A stretch of 64,000 nt of DNA from an uncultured Phycisphaerales bacterium (GCA_963772725.1 CAVYYI010000003.1:160001-224000), one strand, 5' to 3'. Positions 16,161 to 27,165 are shown, counted from the first letter of the stretch. Numbers and translations are program-made. The notes: a model not told the origin generated them from the sequence alone.

Positions 16161-16571
16161 TCACGCCAAAAGAATTATTGTTCGTAGAGGTGCATGGAAA
16201 GATGATAATTCAAAGTTATGTGCAGTGTAACAACTGAAAACAGATGGGATATAAGCTAATGTTGGTTTCAGGACATAATTTGACGTTAAAATTTTATGTG
16301 ATGAAGATTTACCATTTGTTCGCCAAGGACTGAGAACATTTGAAGTCACTAAAGAATCCTTACAATGGCCATATTCAAGACATGCCCCAATTATTGCTTC
16401 GGTATTACTCATTTCGTCGGTTTCTGGGCAGGTACAATGGTTATGGGCTGCTGGCTCCACGGCAATATGGCCATCGGAACCGTAGCAAGTTACCATAGAA
16501 AAACCACTTATGGAGTTAAAAACCATTAATCCCATAAGCATTATTGTCACTTTTTGCTTTATCATAATCAC
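16161..16571 (-). CDS. small exported Cys/His-rich protein heading the czc operon (CzcI-like role possible)
   Basis: Signal-like N-terminus; CYGSDGH..HNHCTC..CLEYGHCKD; ends LRTIILLA about 100 nt before czcC. Confidence 0.65.
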   Translation of the reverse strand: MIMIKQKVTIMLMGLMVFNSISGFSMVTCYGSDGHIAVEPAAHNHCTCPETDEMSNTEAIIGACLEYGHCKDSLVTSNVLSPWRTNGKSSSHKILTSNYVLKPTLAYIPSVFSCYTAHNFELSSFHAPLRTIILLA

Positions 16572-16729
16572 CGGATTTTAACAGTTTTACGAACAAAAAT
16601 CAACAGGGTTCATACAAACGTTATTTTAGCGAATAGAGGAAAAAGCGGTGAAGGCGGGATTCCATTTAAAACTTTTAACTTTTAGTTTTAAACCTTCAAA
16701 CTGACCGTCGGTCAGTTCGAAATGATAGG

Positions 16730-19000
16730 TTAACCTGCTGAATCAACCGGTTTGTTCGGCTCTTTGGCCTCAATTTTTTGCTTCGGATGCTGTTTTGACC
16801 ATAACTCAACCTGCTTTTGCCACAGCGGCTTTTCTGCCGGAACTTTTATCCCGACAATTGCGTTCAGCATAACATTAGGGTCGATCCCGCCGGGAGGTGT
16901 ACTTAAATAATTATCTATCAACTGCACGACAAAACTGTCCGGACCTAGGTCCTTTTCCAGCAGGCAATTCTCAACCAACTCACTGGCCGCCTTGACATTA
17001 GACTGTTTCAGATACGCGTCGAGCAATTTTCTCAAAATATCCTTTTTCTCTTCCGGCGTTTTCGCCGTCGCAAGCAATTGACCTAAATACTCCGTCGCCC
17101 GTACAAATTCGCCCGTTTTTACATATAAATCCGCCAATTTCGTACGGACGTCTTTTAGCTTACCCTGTTTCTCTATCGACTCCTGCCGCTCCACTATCGT
17201 CAAAAATGATATATACTTCTCATCGGACAGAGACGCTTCCCATTCCGGCGAACCAAATTTCTTGTGCCAACCATATATTACTCCTGCATCCGAACGCTTG
17301 AAAATCTTCAGCATCGCAGACCCATGGCTGGTCACTTTCCGCGCCAGCTCGAACCTTTTCCGCCAGCCATATTAAATCCTCCTTACCTCCCACCTCGCCG
17401 GCAAGCTCTATTACCTTTCCACGAATTGTCGCGCTGTCGTCATTCACGAAATCTTTTCTCAGCATATTCAGCGCACTGTCTTATCTATATAAATAAGCCC
17501 GTTTACTGCCGCCTCACGAACCATATTTGCCTCTGCTCGAATCGCCTCCTCGAATAATGGCCTGAAAAGACTTATTGCCTGACTGCTGTAAGCGCTTTGC
17601 GTGCATAATCCCGCCATCAGGTTAAGCAACTCACCTTGCAACGCACTATCGCCCTTGCCAAGCGATTTCTTGTACCGCGCAGCTAACTGCCCAAGATACT
17701 TGTCGGCCTCACCCTGTGATAATCCGTCCTGCTCAAGCAGTTTTTTAACAACCTCCGCGCCCTTTTGTGCTTTCATCGGCTCTTCGGATGAGAGATATTC
17801 ACCGGCCAGTTCCATTGTCCTGGCTCGTATCTCCGGCGAAATCTTGTTCTTGGCATTCGCGGAAAGCCCGTCATGGCACGCCCCGCCCAGCGCTACAAAC
17901 AATGACATTCGAACATCCTCGTCCTCCTCTGCATTAATCTGCTCTAATAGTTTTTGAGCCGTATCCAGGTCGCCTATCAGAAAAAGCAATTGTCCTATTT
18001 TTAACCGCACATTCCTGTCCGGGTCAGAAATCATATTTACAAGAACCGGCCCAAGCTCCGCTGGCAGTTTAGGCGCCGCTCCCTTACGCCACTGCTCTAT
18101 CTTTTCCAAAGCCAGGAGCCGCACCGGCGCACGCGGACTAAGCAAATTCTCCCCCAAAAACTTACCACGGCCTGCGTCATCGGTAATCCCATCATAAATC
18201 CTGCTTAAGGAAGCAAGATATTGCTCTTTCCAAAAATCCCCCTCACTTTTCAACGCAACAATCCGTGATTCCCGCCGAACAACGTAATTCCGCAAAAAAG
18301 CATCTTGGCCCGCCCGCTGCATTTCCTTTATCACTTGCTTGCGGACTTTGGTGTCCTTTATCGCCGCAACACCCATTGATTGCAGGCTTTTTTCCGCCCC
18401 AGCCGAGACTTCTTTTACAGGGTCGTCAAGCAGCAACATCAGCTTAAAGGCCGCCCGCATATCAGGCTGCATCTGCAATGCCTTTATAACATTTAATCTG
18501 GCCGCGACCGAAAGACTCGAATCGTCCGCCATCTTTTCAAGCCGGCCGGATAACTGCTCATACCGAAATATCAGGATTGTCTGGGACGCTAATTCCGCGC
18601 TCCCGGCATTCTCACTTGTCAGCATAACAAGCAGCGGCTCAATAAAACCGTCTTCATCCTTGACATCTCTCTGCTCTAATCGCGCACTAACTAACGCCTT
18701 GCAAATCGCCATACGCGTCTGCTCGTTCTCAGTTTGCCTTAAACCTTCTGTCAAAATCGCCCTGGCCGCTGCGCTATCACTAAACAGCATCATCCCCGCC
18801 GCGTCTATACGAACCTGCTCAGTAGTTCCATTGAATAACGCCTCTTTATTTATATTCAACTGCTGGCTCGAATCCGACTCAACTGCCGACTTTTCCGCCG
18901 CACTTTCAGGCCGTGCCGTATTCTTATCTTCTCCTGCCGCCGCATGCTGACAACCAATCAGCAGCAATATTATCAGAAGATGCATACACCGTTTGCTCAT
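16730..19000 (-). CDS. large exported HEAT/TPR-repeat protein (frameshifts near 17465 and 17300)
   Basis: Signal/lipobox-like LLLIGC; repeated LLDDPVKEVSAGA, DPDRNVRLK, EEDEDVRMS and NDDSATIRGK units; three collinear ORFs. Confidence 0.7.
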
Positions 19001-19127
19001 TTCTACCATCCTGTCAAAAAATATAACTCTCCGCATACCATCCATAATACCCGCGATATTCCATACTCGTCAATTAACTATTGTTCTTTTAAAAAAATTA
19101 TCTGCAATTTTCAAAAAAAAAATTCTT

Positions 19128-20066
19128 TTACGGCCTTGGGTGAAACTTTTTATGGATATTTCGCAGCCTTGGGTAATCCACATGCGTATAAATCTGTGTC
19201 GTCGCTATATCCACATGTCCGAGCATCTCCTGAATACTCCGCAAGTCCGCGCCTCCCGCCAGCAGATGAGTCGCGAAGCAATGCCTCAGCGTATGAACTG
19301 TAATATTTTTCGGCATACCGGCACGCATCGCATACTTTTTTACCAATCGCCAAATTTCGATACGCCCCATCTGTCTGCCTGTTCGTGAAAGAAGGAAAAA
19401 ATTTTCGCTGAAACTCTTTTCCAGCTTCGGTCTCAACTGGTTAAGATACGCCGCCGCCGTAACTTTCGTCCTTTTCCCCACCGGAACTATCCGCTCCTTA
19501 TTGCCCTTGCCGGTACAGCGTACATATCCGATACTCAAATTCAAATCCGGCACCTTTAGATTCGCCAGTTCGCTGGCACGCATCCCCGTCCCGTAAAGCA
19601 GTTCCAGCATCGCCTTATCCCGAAGATAGTAAGGCTCCTCCGGCTGCGGCGCATCCAAAAGAGCCGCCACCTTGTCCTCGCTGCAAACCGTCGGCAATTT
19701 CTGCCACAGTTTCGGCGTCTCAAGTATTGCGATAAAATCATCCTCCAGCATGCCCATCAGCCGACAAAATCGCAAAAACATCCGTATCGCCACCAGCGAC
19801 CGTTTGATAGTACTCTCGTCCCTGCTTTTTTTGGTCAGTATCAACTGGTACTTTTGAATCAAAACAGGCTTTATCTGTTTTAATTCATTGGTTTTTTGGG
19901 ACTCCAGATACTCGAAAAAACCCTTCAAATCCCTGCCGTACGCCAGAATTGTATTATTCGATAGCCCAGCCTCAACCCGCAGGTAGCTCAGAAAGTCCTT
20001 TACAATATTTCCCAGCGGCAGCGAAACTATTTTTTCAACCATTGAGGCTGTCTGAATTGATTCCAC
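19128..20066 (-). CDS. xerD: site-specific tyrosine recombinase XerD
   Basis: GLSNNTILAYGRDL, RDKAMLELLYGTGMRASEL, GKGNKERIVP, HTLRHCFATHLL, LGHVDIATTQIYTH and KKFHPR. Confidence 0.92.
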   Translation of the reverse strand: MESIQTASMVEKIVSLPLGNIVKDFLSYLRVEAGLSNNTILAYGRDLKGFFEYLESQKTNELKQIKPVLIQKYQLILTKKSRDESTIKRSLVAIRMFLRFCRLMGMLEDDFIAILETPKLWQKLPTVCSEDKVAALLDAPQPEEPYYLRDKAMLELLYGTGMRASELANLKVPDLNLSIGYVRCTGKGNKERIVPVGKRTKVTAAAYLNQLRPKLEKSFSENFFLLSRTGRQMGRIEIWRLVKKYAMRAGMPKNITVHTLRHCFATHLLAGGADLRSIQEMLGHVDIATTQIYTHVDYPRLRNIHKKFHPRP

Positions 20067-20443
20067 TTGTGTATCTTTCTAAAATAGACCAAAACCACTA
20101 TAACTATCGGCCAATAAACAACATAGGCTTTACTCAAACTGACATTTAATAGTTGTTAGTTTTTAGTCATAAGCAGGCCGTTGGCTGCTCGATAATAGCT
20201 ACAATCGTTAAATTTTGCTCAAATTACACGCAAAAATGAGCGATTCTGCGCACTTTTTAACACTTTTTGGGCATAATCTTAGCAGATTTATGCCATTTTT
20301 GAACGCTTTTTGATATTTTTTTGCCAGAGGCAAAATTTTAAGGTGGGTGAAAATGTTAAAATGGGCAAGATTTAAAAAATAGAACGCATTAGGCGAAAGG
20401 CAATTTTGGATTTGCCTATGGCGGAACCAAAATTCAATGCGGG

Positions 20444-21451
20444 TTAATCATTTAGCCAGTATGAGGCGAATAACGCAAAATCCGCGGAATCAACTGTGTC
20501 AGAAACATCTATATCTGTTCCGCCGCAATTATTCGATGAACCGCAATCACTTTCCAGCCACCGCCCCGCAAAGTAACCCAAATCTTCCTTATTCACTCCA
20601 TCAGGACAGACCCAGTCCGCCGCGGGTATCTGCCACAAAAGCCGCGGATAATTCGTCCCCTCGCATATCGCCCATACAGTCGTAAAATCCCACCCCGTAA
20701 ACGACCCCTGCTGCTTCATCTGCAGCGTACTTAATCCCGTCCCGCCTGAACTAGACAATTGTCCGGAAGTCTGTGTATTCCAAAAACTGCCCAAAACACT
20801 GCCTCCATCTTTATATCCCACCAAACCACCTACATTAGATGTTCCGCTGACCCAACCTCTCGAATAACAACTGTTGATACCGCTGTTAAAGCTGTATCCC
20901 ACCAGACCGCCAAAATACTGAGAAGAACCGCTGACATTGCCTGTCGAATAGCAATTGCTGATAATGCCGCCAAGAAGGCTTCCCACCAAACCGCCAGCAC
21001 TAGAACCCGCCAGTCCGCCAATATCACGAGAACCGCTGACAGTAGAATTCTCAAGACCAAGATTTTTGACCGAGCCCCTTAAGTCAATGCGACCAAATAA
21101 ACCGAGATACTGATTGCTTCCACCATCTATCGTAAAATTAGTAATTTTAAAATCATTACCATCAAATGTTCCTGTAAATGCCGTTCCCTGAAAATTAGTG
21201 ACCGAGTTGGTATCCGGGGCAATAATCGCTTTCGTAAAGACTTGACCTTCCATATTGACATCGGCTGTCAGGATAAAGCATTTGCTGTAATCGTTAGTAT
21301 CAGCCGCCAAGGCCAATAAATCCGCCTTTGATGCGATTTGATAAGGATTATTCGGCTCACCCGTCCCCCCGCTGTATTTGCCGAGAGCATTACCACAGAC
21401 AACGCTTATTATAGCTGCAATGTAAATGATAAATGCCGCTTTTGTTTTCAC
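20444..21451 (-). CDS. exported GLUG-repeat protein with C-terminal dockerin/EF-hand-like tail
   Basis: GTG start with GAGGAG RBS; signal peptide; YSGGTGEPNNPYQI, FTGTFDGN, repeated GGLVG..ISNCYSTG; tail DGVNKEDL..WL / DTVDSADFALFASYWL. Confidence 0.8.
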   Translation of the reverse strand: MKTKAAFIIYIAAIISVVCGNALGKYSGGTGEPNNPYQIASKADLLALAADTNDYSKCFILTADVNMEGQVFTKAIIAPDTNSVTNFQGTAFTGTFDGNDFKITNFTIDGGSNQYLGLFGRIDLRGSVKNLGLENSTVSGSRDIGGLAGSSAGGLVGSLLGGIISNCYSTGNVSGSSQYFGGLVGYSFNSGINSCYSRGWVSGTSNVGGLVGYKDGGSVLGSFWNTQTSGQLSSSGGTGLSTLQMKQQGSFTGWDFTTVWAICEGTNYPRLLWQIPAADWVCPDGVNKEDLGYFAGRWLESDCGSSNNCGGTDIDVSDTVDSADFALFASYWLND

Positions 21452-21722
21452 TTTTGGTCTCCTCGGGTCTTTCTCACAAAGAAACAAGTATTATACCCCA
21501 AACTGATACAGAATACAAGTTTTTTCTGCTCGATTTTCATATTTTATCTTTTCTTTGCTCCTTGACGCCTCTGCGGGAGGCAATCCCGATTTTTCCCCGC
21601 CAAGAAGACGCAAAGAATAATAATTTTGGGCTACAAATTTATTTTTCTCTTTTTTTTATTTTTAATCAGACTTGGGCAAGCTCAGTCGAACTGTGAAATC
21701 AATACAATCTATGGCTCATTTT

Positions 21723-22575
21723 TTAATGCGTGATTAAATATCCTGTTTTTTTTCGGAGCAGGAGGCTTAAAGCCGAGACTGAGGAGGATAACGGTTGCGG
21801 GTTCAGGGACAGGTGCCAGTCCCTGGACTTCGCCGATGTACCAGGTATTGTTTGTACCATAAAAATCCTGAAGATACCACTTGCTGCCCGAATAAGCGAC
21901 ATTGTAATATTTGAGTGAATCAGGTCTTGGTGCGGGCCCGTTTTTGTTGTCATCGGAATCAGATACCCAGATGCCGAGGTAATCCGCGGGGTTACTGCCG
22001 TACTGGTAACCCCAGACGGTAATGGCGTGTCCGCCGCCTGAGGCGGTATATAACGCCAACGCCGTGCCATATCCATTATGAAGATAACTGTCGATGGCTG
22101 ACATAGCCGCTGAATCAATGTATTCCCGATGATAATAATCCCAGAAATCCTTATTTGGATGAAAATTTCCGCCTGGGACATCGACCTGTGACCATCCATC
22201 CCAGCCTTGTGAGTAGTTATACCCGCTAAACCACCATTCCCATGCAAATTCCATAATACCGCCGGTATTGGTCCAGTGGTCCTGATAATAGCTGAAAATC
22301 TGGTCGGAATTTGTCATACCGCCAGTGTTTCCCCAGCCAGTCCACTGGAGGACATTAAACGTTACCGCTGCCCAGCACATCAGGTCATCCTGAGAATTGT
22401 CGCTTGTTTTTTCAGCGTCGCACCAGGTGCCGCCGTAAGAGTTATAAAGCATATAATCAGTAACGGCCAGCGCGGGATTAGCGATTAAAGGGGCTGTAAT
22501 TATCAGCAGCGGAAATAACACACCGAAGATGCATTTCTCTTTGCCTTTTATTCCGGAAGGCTTTAAAAACGGCAT
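21723..22575 (-). CDS. PEP-CTERM-sorted IdeS/Mac-like (C66-type) papain-fold cysteine peptidase (indel in the TM tail)
   Basis: DDLMCWAA..NVLQW, GHAITVWG and IWVSDSDD; tail VPEPATVILLSLG continues as LSLLLRKK in the alternative frame. Confidence 0.75.
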
Positions 22576-22727
22576 CAATCTTCTCCTCTCATATCAGGCT
22601 GAAACGGCACGGCAATTTATAAAGTCTCTTATAGGTCTTTACCGCGTCTATACTCAAGACAGCAACGGTTTTGTGGGGAAAACTTAACGATGGGCATAAG
22701 CTTTCTCTACATCTTCTTCTTAAAAGA

Positions 22728-22756
22728 ATCATATCAAATTTCACGAGAAATGTCAA
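22728..22756 (-). promoter_or_regulatory. sigma70-type promoter for the PEP-CTERM peptidase
   Basis: Minus strand TTGACA-17 nt-TATGAT with an extended -10 TG. Confidence 0.65.
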
Positions 22757-22818
22757 TATATTTTTTTGCCGTATAAAGCGAGGGGCACGCGGGCATGCAG
22801 ATTAGACCGACGCTGGGT

Positions 22819-23874
22819 TTATTCGTCGAGAGTCCAGTTGTATTCCATGTATTTTATGGAATAGTTTTCCACTTCAAGGAAAGCAGCATCGCTTTTAGAA
22901 CCATAGCCTGTAATAAAATTCAGCACAGCTCGTGTTATCTGGTCCTGGTCTTTAAATTTTTTGTCGGTTCCATAGTTAGCGGTAAAGTATTTTCCGTACC
23001 AGTTCGGGCTAAGCAGCGCAGAAAGATAAACAATCTTATTTTCGGTGTCGATTTTGAAAGCGTCGGGACCTGCAAGGAATTTCTTCGCCTGTTCGTCGAG
23101 TTCCTTATTGAGGCTTGAGCCGTGATAGGGCGAATTTTTAAGGGGCGGGCCTGAGACGCTTGCGCGGAAAACGGCCAAAAACACGCGCGGGTCGCCGAAT
23201 TCCTTTATGAAAAAGCGGTTCTCAATTTCCTGGAGCGTGAACTGCTCATCCATAACGATGAATTTGGACTCGTCCCATATCCCATTTATATGCCTGATGC
23301 TTTTGGGACTGAACCATTCCATATATTTTGAGCGCTGAATAGGATAATTATCAACGATAATCTTCATCAACTGGGTATTGTACACGTTAATCCAGAAGGC
23401 GATTTTATCGTTTACCGGCCAGGCTTTATATTCCTGGGAATTCAATTTAGCCTGCTCATTTGTAAGCTCTATTAGTTCGAGCCTTTTCCGCTTAAGCGTA
23501 GCGTAATCGACAAACCCCTTTTCTGTAACATACTCTTTCAGGATGCTCTTGAATGTGTCGTTAAATTTATCGCCGGAGTGCGTGGTAGTTTTAGTGGGGG
23601 TATTTCCGTCGGTATTCTTATTTGATTTTTGAGAACTGTTTGGTTCTGTATTTTCAGGTTTGACTTGCGGAGAGGATTTTTCAATTTTTGAAGTTGTGCT
23701 GTTCCCGGACTCGGCTTTTTCGGTTTTCGTATCGCCAGGAGGGTTATTGGGTTCTTTGGTTTGTGTGGAATTTGCTTCTGAGGGAGGCTCGGCCTTTGTT
23801 TTTGCAGGACGGCAACCCGTTATGAAAAGCATCATAACAATCAAAAGTGTAAAACTGCTGATATATTTAAGCAT
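22819..23874 (-). CDS. DUF547-domain lipoprotein
   Basis: Lipobox FITGC, long S/T/P/N-rich linker, then GFVDYATLK, AFWINVYN, TLQEIEN, DPRVFLA..ASVSGPPL and YNWTL. Confidence 0.82.
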   Translation of the reverse strand: MLKYISSFTLLIVMMLFITGCRPAKTKAEPPSEANSTQTKEPNNPPGDTKTEKAESGNSTTSKIEKSSPQVKPENTEPNSSQKSNKNTDGNTPTKTTTHSGDKFNDTFKSILKEYVTEKGFVDYATLKRKRLELIELTNEQAKLNSQEYKAWPVNDKIAFWINVYNTQLMKIIVDNYPIQRSKYMEWFSPKSIRHINGIWDESKFIVMDEQFTLQEIENRFFIKEFGDPRVFLAVFRASVSGPPLKNSPYHGSSLNKELDEQAKKFLAGPDAFKIDTENKIVYLSALLSPNWYGKYFTANYGTDKKFKDQDQITRAVLNFITGYGSKSDAAFLEVENYSIKYMEYNWTLDE

Positions 23875-24203
23875 TTTAACCTATACCTTCAAAAATGAAT
23901 ATTTCCTAATAATTATCGGCGCTTCCGTAATAATAACGCACCTCAATATTACTGTTATAATAATGGTTTTATCGAACATTTAAAGATAAAACTTAATTTA
24001 CAGGAGGCCTCCAGCGGGCATTAAAAAGCGAAATTTAAGCTTTTCCGGTCCATCCGAACATAAGGTCGCTGTAAATTGTATAACTTTTGAGTATTATACA
24101 GAATTTCAGCGATTTAGTTGTTAGGTTTTTCAGATAAATTGAGCAAAAGGCATTTTAGGACGAATTTATTAAGTAAACAGTTCTTGTATACATCGCTTAA
24201 AGC

Positions 24204-24232
24204 TTGACAAAAGCTGGTTTTAAGAGTATAAT
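24204..24232 (+). promoter_or_regulatory. perfect-consensus sigma70 promoter
   Basis: TTGACA (24204-24209), 17 nt spacer, TATAAT (24227-24232); 60 nt upstream of ATG 24293. Confidence 0.8.
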
Positions 24233-24292
24233 GAATTTTTATGGTCGAGGTACCGGTTCGGTTAATGTCATCCAAATTTAGGGTATTGAAAA

Positions 24293-25416
24293 ATGAAAAT
24301 AAAAATCGGGGTCTATTTTGTTTTAGCTTGTGCGATTTTATCGGCTGTTTCTGAATGTATGGGGGTCGGAACCAGAGACATCACGGAAGTCCGTAAAAAT
24401 GCGGTGCTGAATGAGCAAGATAAACAGGTTATCGACAAATTCGTTGGTTCAGCAGTGGGCGAACTTGTAAACATCAAGGATTTCTCAACGGCGTCGAACA
24501 TACGCGGTATCATACTGGCCAACAGCAGTTCAAGTGTGGATAGTGCCAGGCAGCAGTTTTCCGACCAGTTTTCAAAATCAGGCGCAAGCATATTTCACAG
24601 GCGCTAGACGAGGCCGCCAAGCTGACGCCCGAAGAACGCAGATTCAAGGTAGTCCTCAATCTTGTGATTCTTGTGGATAGTTTGCAGGACTTAAAATTAT
24701 CGGATTTGGCCATAAAGATGCTGCAGGATAAAAATATCGCGGTGCGGTATTGGGCAGTTCACGCGCTTACCAATGCGGCTGTCAGGAAGCAATTGGCTCA
24801 ATCAGGTAATTCCGCGTTAAGTACGAAGATTACAGGGCAATTGCAGGCGGTTGCTGATGAGGTTTCGCCTGAGACGCTGGGATTGATTATAGATTTCGCC
24901 GCCGGATTAGGTGGGCAGCAGGGGCAGGAATTGCTGTTGCGGATAGCCGATTTAAGAATTAAACGGTACACAGACTGGAGTGTAAGGGATGAAATTCTGG
25001 ATGGAACTTTATTAAAATCCCTTTACTCTAAAATGACAGCCGGTGCGGCTAACGACAAGGCTGCTTTTGGCCAGCGGTTTGGGCAGTTGTATGCGTACGC
25101 GATGCAGAGATATATCAAGGGACAGAGCATACTTAATGACAGGGAAAAACTGCAGCTGGGTTCCGTGCTGATAGACGTTGAAGATAAATATTTTGAAAGT
25201 ATATTGGGGATGAAACAGGGTAAAATAAGAAAAGCGGTCGGTGAAAATGATTACGCAACACTTTCGGCGGAATACGAAAAACTGTTCGGCAACGAGACCC
25301 TGGCAGGGCAATTAACTAAAAAGCTGGAAATCGACTATGGCCGCAATCCAGACGGAACAAAACGCTCGATGCCCGTAGTTCTTCCTGAACCTCCCGCAAG
25401 GGCGGCAGCAAAATAA
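24293..25416 (+). CDS. exported alpha-helical HEAT-like protein (frameshift near 24590)
   Basis: Signal peptide; LQDKNIAVRYWAVHAL HEAT-like unit; two collinear ORFs. Confidence 0.65.
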
Positions 25417-25470
25417 ATTTTGTTCAGTGTCATTCTTCGCATTACATAAAAATACAAGGAGGTTTTTTGT

Positions 25471-27165
25471 ATGAAGGAACGTAAGAGCTTCAGTATATCG
25501 TTCGGGGTTATTGCCGCGGCGATGTGCGTTTGTTTTTTGGGCTGTCAATCGCAATCTAAGGATAAACAACTGGACAGGTTTATTTCGGCACATGTAAAGC
25601 AGGTTAAGCCTATGTTAACAGAAGTTAACCTGGCTTACTGGAAGGCGGCGAACAGCGGCAAACCGGAAGATTATAACGAGGTCAGCAGGCTCGAATTCGA
25701 GGTTCGGAAGGTTTACAGCAATCCGAAGGAATTCGCTTTTCTAAAAAATACGAAAGAATCCCAACAGATAAAGGACAGAGAACTTGCCCGGCAACTGGAT
25801 GTGTTATACGACTCATATCTTCAAAACCAGATAGAGCCTAAACTGCTGAAGAAAATAGTCGATTTAGGGATGAAAATTGAAAAGGATTTCAGTACTTTCC
25901 GGGGAACTATAGACGGCAAAAAAGTAACGGATAACCAAATCAGGGAAATTTTAAAAACGCAGACCGATTCGGCGGTAAGGGAAAAAGCGTGGCTGGCGAG
26001 CAAGCAGGTTGCGCCTGTGGTCGCGCCTGAACTCATCGAGTTGGTCAAGCTGCGTAATGAGGCGGCGCGAAAGGTGGGCTTTGATAATTATCATACGCTT
26101 TCCCTGGCGGTTTCGGAGCAGGATGTCAACGAGATGGACCGGATTTTCAATGAGCTTTACGAGTTGACGAATAAACCTTTTGCCGAAATAAAGGGTGATT
26201 TGGACCGTGTCCTGGCGGCTAAATACGGAATCACGGTTTCGGAACTGGAGCCGTGGCATTATCATGACCCGTTTTTCCAGGAAACGCCGCTTGTATATGA
26301 ACTGAATCTGGATGCATATTATAAAGATAAAGATGTAAAACAACTGGCAGTGCGGTTTTATGACGGTATCGGTCTGCCGGTGGAAGCCATACTCAAACGA
26401 AGCGACCTTTACGAGCGCGAGGGGAAAAACCCGCATGCTTTCTCCACGGATATAGACAGGTATGGCGATGTCCGGATACTGTGCAATCTTAAAAACAACG
26501 AGCAGTGGATGGAGACGATATTACACGAACTGGGACACGTGGTATATGATGAAAATCATGGCCGCAATGTCCCATACCTGCTAAGAGAGCCTGCCCATAT
26601 TTTTACCACAGAGGCGATTGCGATGTTCTTCGGGCGTTTAAGCCGAAATCCCGCGTGGATGCAGCAGATGCTGTCACTGTCGGACGAGCAGAAGGCGGAA
26701 ATTGAAAAGGTCAGCGACAAGTACGCCAGGCTCAAACAGCTTATTTTCGTTCGCTGGGCAATGGTTATGTACGATTTTGAGAAACAGCTTTACGCCAACC
26801 CCGACCAGGACATTGACAGTCTCTGGTGGAAACTGGTAGAGAAATATCAGTTTATAGCAAAACCGGCAGGACGCAGCGAACCGGACTGGGCGGCCAAGAT
26901 TCATTTCACAATCGCGCCGTGTTATTACCATAACTATGTATTGGGCGAACTTCTGGCATCTCAGCTTAATCATCATATTGTTTATGATGTTTTAAAGCTT
27001 AAAACGGATAAAGACGTCAGCTATGTCGGCCAGCGCAAAGCCGGAGACTATCTGCGCAAAGAGATTTTTGAGCCTTCAGCCCAGTACAGGTGGAATGAGA
27101 TGATTGAACGTGCAACGGGAGAACCCCTGACGCCGAAATATTTTGTAACGCAGTTCGTCAATTAA
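25471..27165 (+). CDS. gluzincin metallopeptidase lipoprotein (M2/M3-like)
   Basis: Lipobox FLGC; DLYEREGKNPHAF, HELGH, FTTEAIA, HFTIAPCYYHNY and ATGEPL. Confidence 0.88.
   Translation: MKERKSFSISFGVIAAAMCVCFLGCQSQSKDKQLDRFISAHVKQVKPMLTEVNLAYWKAANSGKPEDYNEVSRLEFEVRKVYSNPKEFAFLKNTKESQQIKDRELARQLDVLYDSYLQNQIEPKLLKKIVDLGMKIEKDFSTFRGTIDGKKVTDNQIREILKTQTDSAVREKAWLASKQVAPVVAPELIELVKLRNEAARKVGFDNYHTLSLAVSEQDVNEMDRIFNELYELTNKPFAEIKGDLDRVLAAKYGITVSELEPWHYHDPFFQETPLVYELNLDAYYKDKDVKQLAVRFYDGIGLPVEAILKRSDLYEREGKNPHAFSTDIDRYGDVRILCNLKNNEQWMETILHELGHVVYDENHGRNVPYLLREPAHIFTTEAIAMFFGRLSRNPAWMQQMLSLSDEQKAEIEKVSDKYARLKQLIFVRWAMVMYDFEKQLYANPDQDIDSLWWKLVEKYQFIAKPAGRSEPDWAAKIHFTIAPCYYHNYVLGELLASQLNHHIVYDVLKLKTDKDVSYVGQRKAGDYLRKEIFEPSAQYRWNEMIERATGEPLTPKYFVTQFVN

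Noticed and set aside
22579..22727. Riboswitch (such as c-di-GMP) in the long 5' UTR of the PEP-CTERM peptidase
   Set aside because: No aptamer consensus or convincing terminator was recognised by eye; needs cmscan.
19128..23874. Tyrosine recombinase as integrase of an island or integron carrying the GLUG and PEP-CTERM genes
   Set aside because: The protein has housekeeping XerD hallmarks (C-terminal FHPR) and no integron-integrase insert; no att repeats or attC sites were seen.
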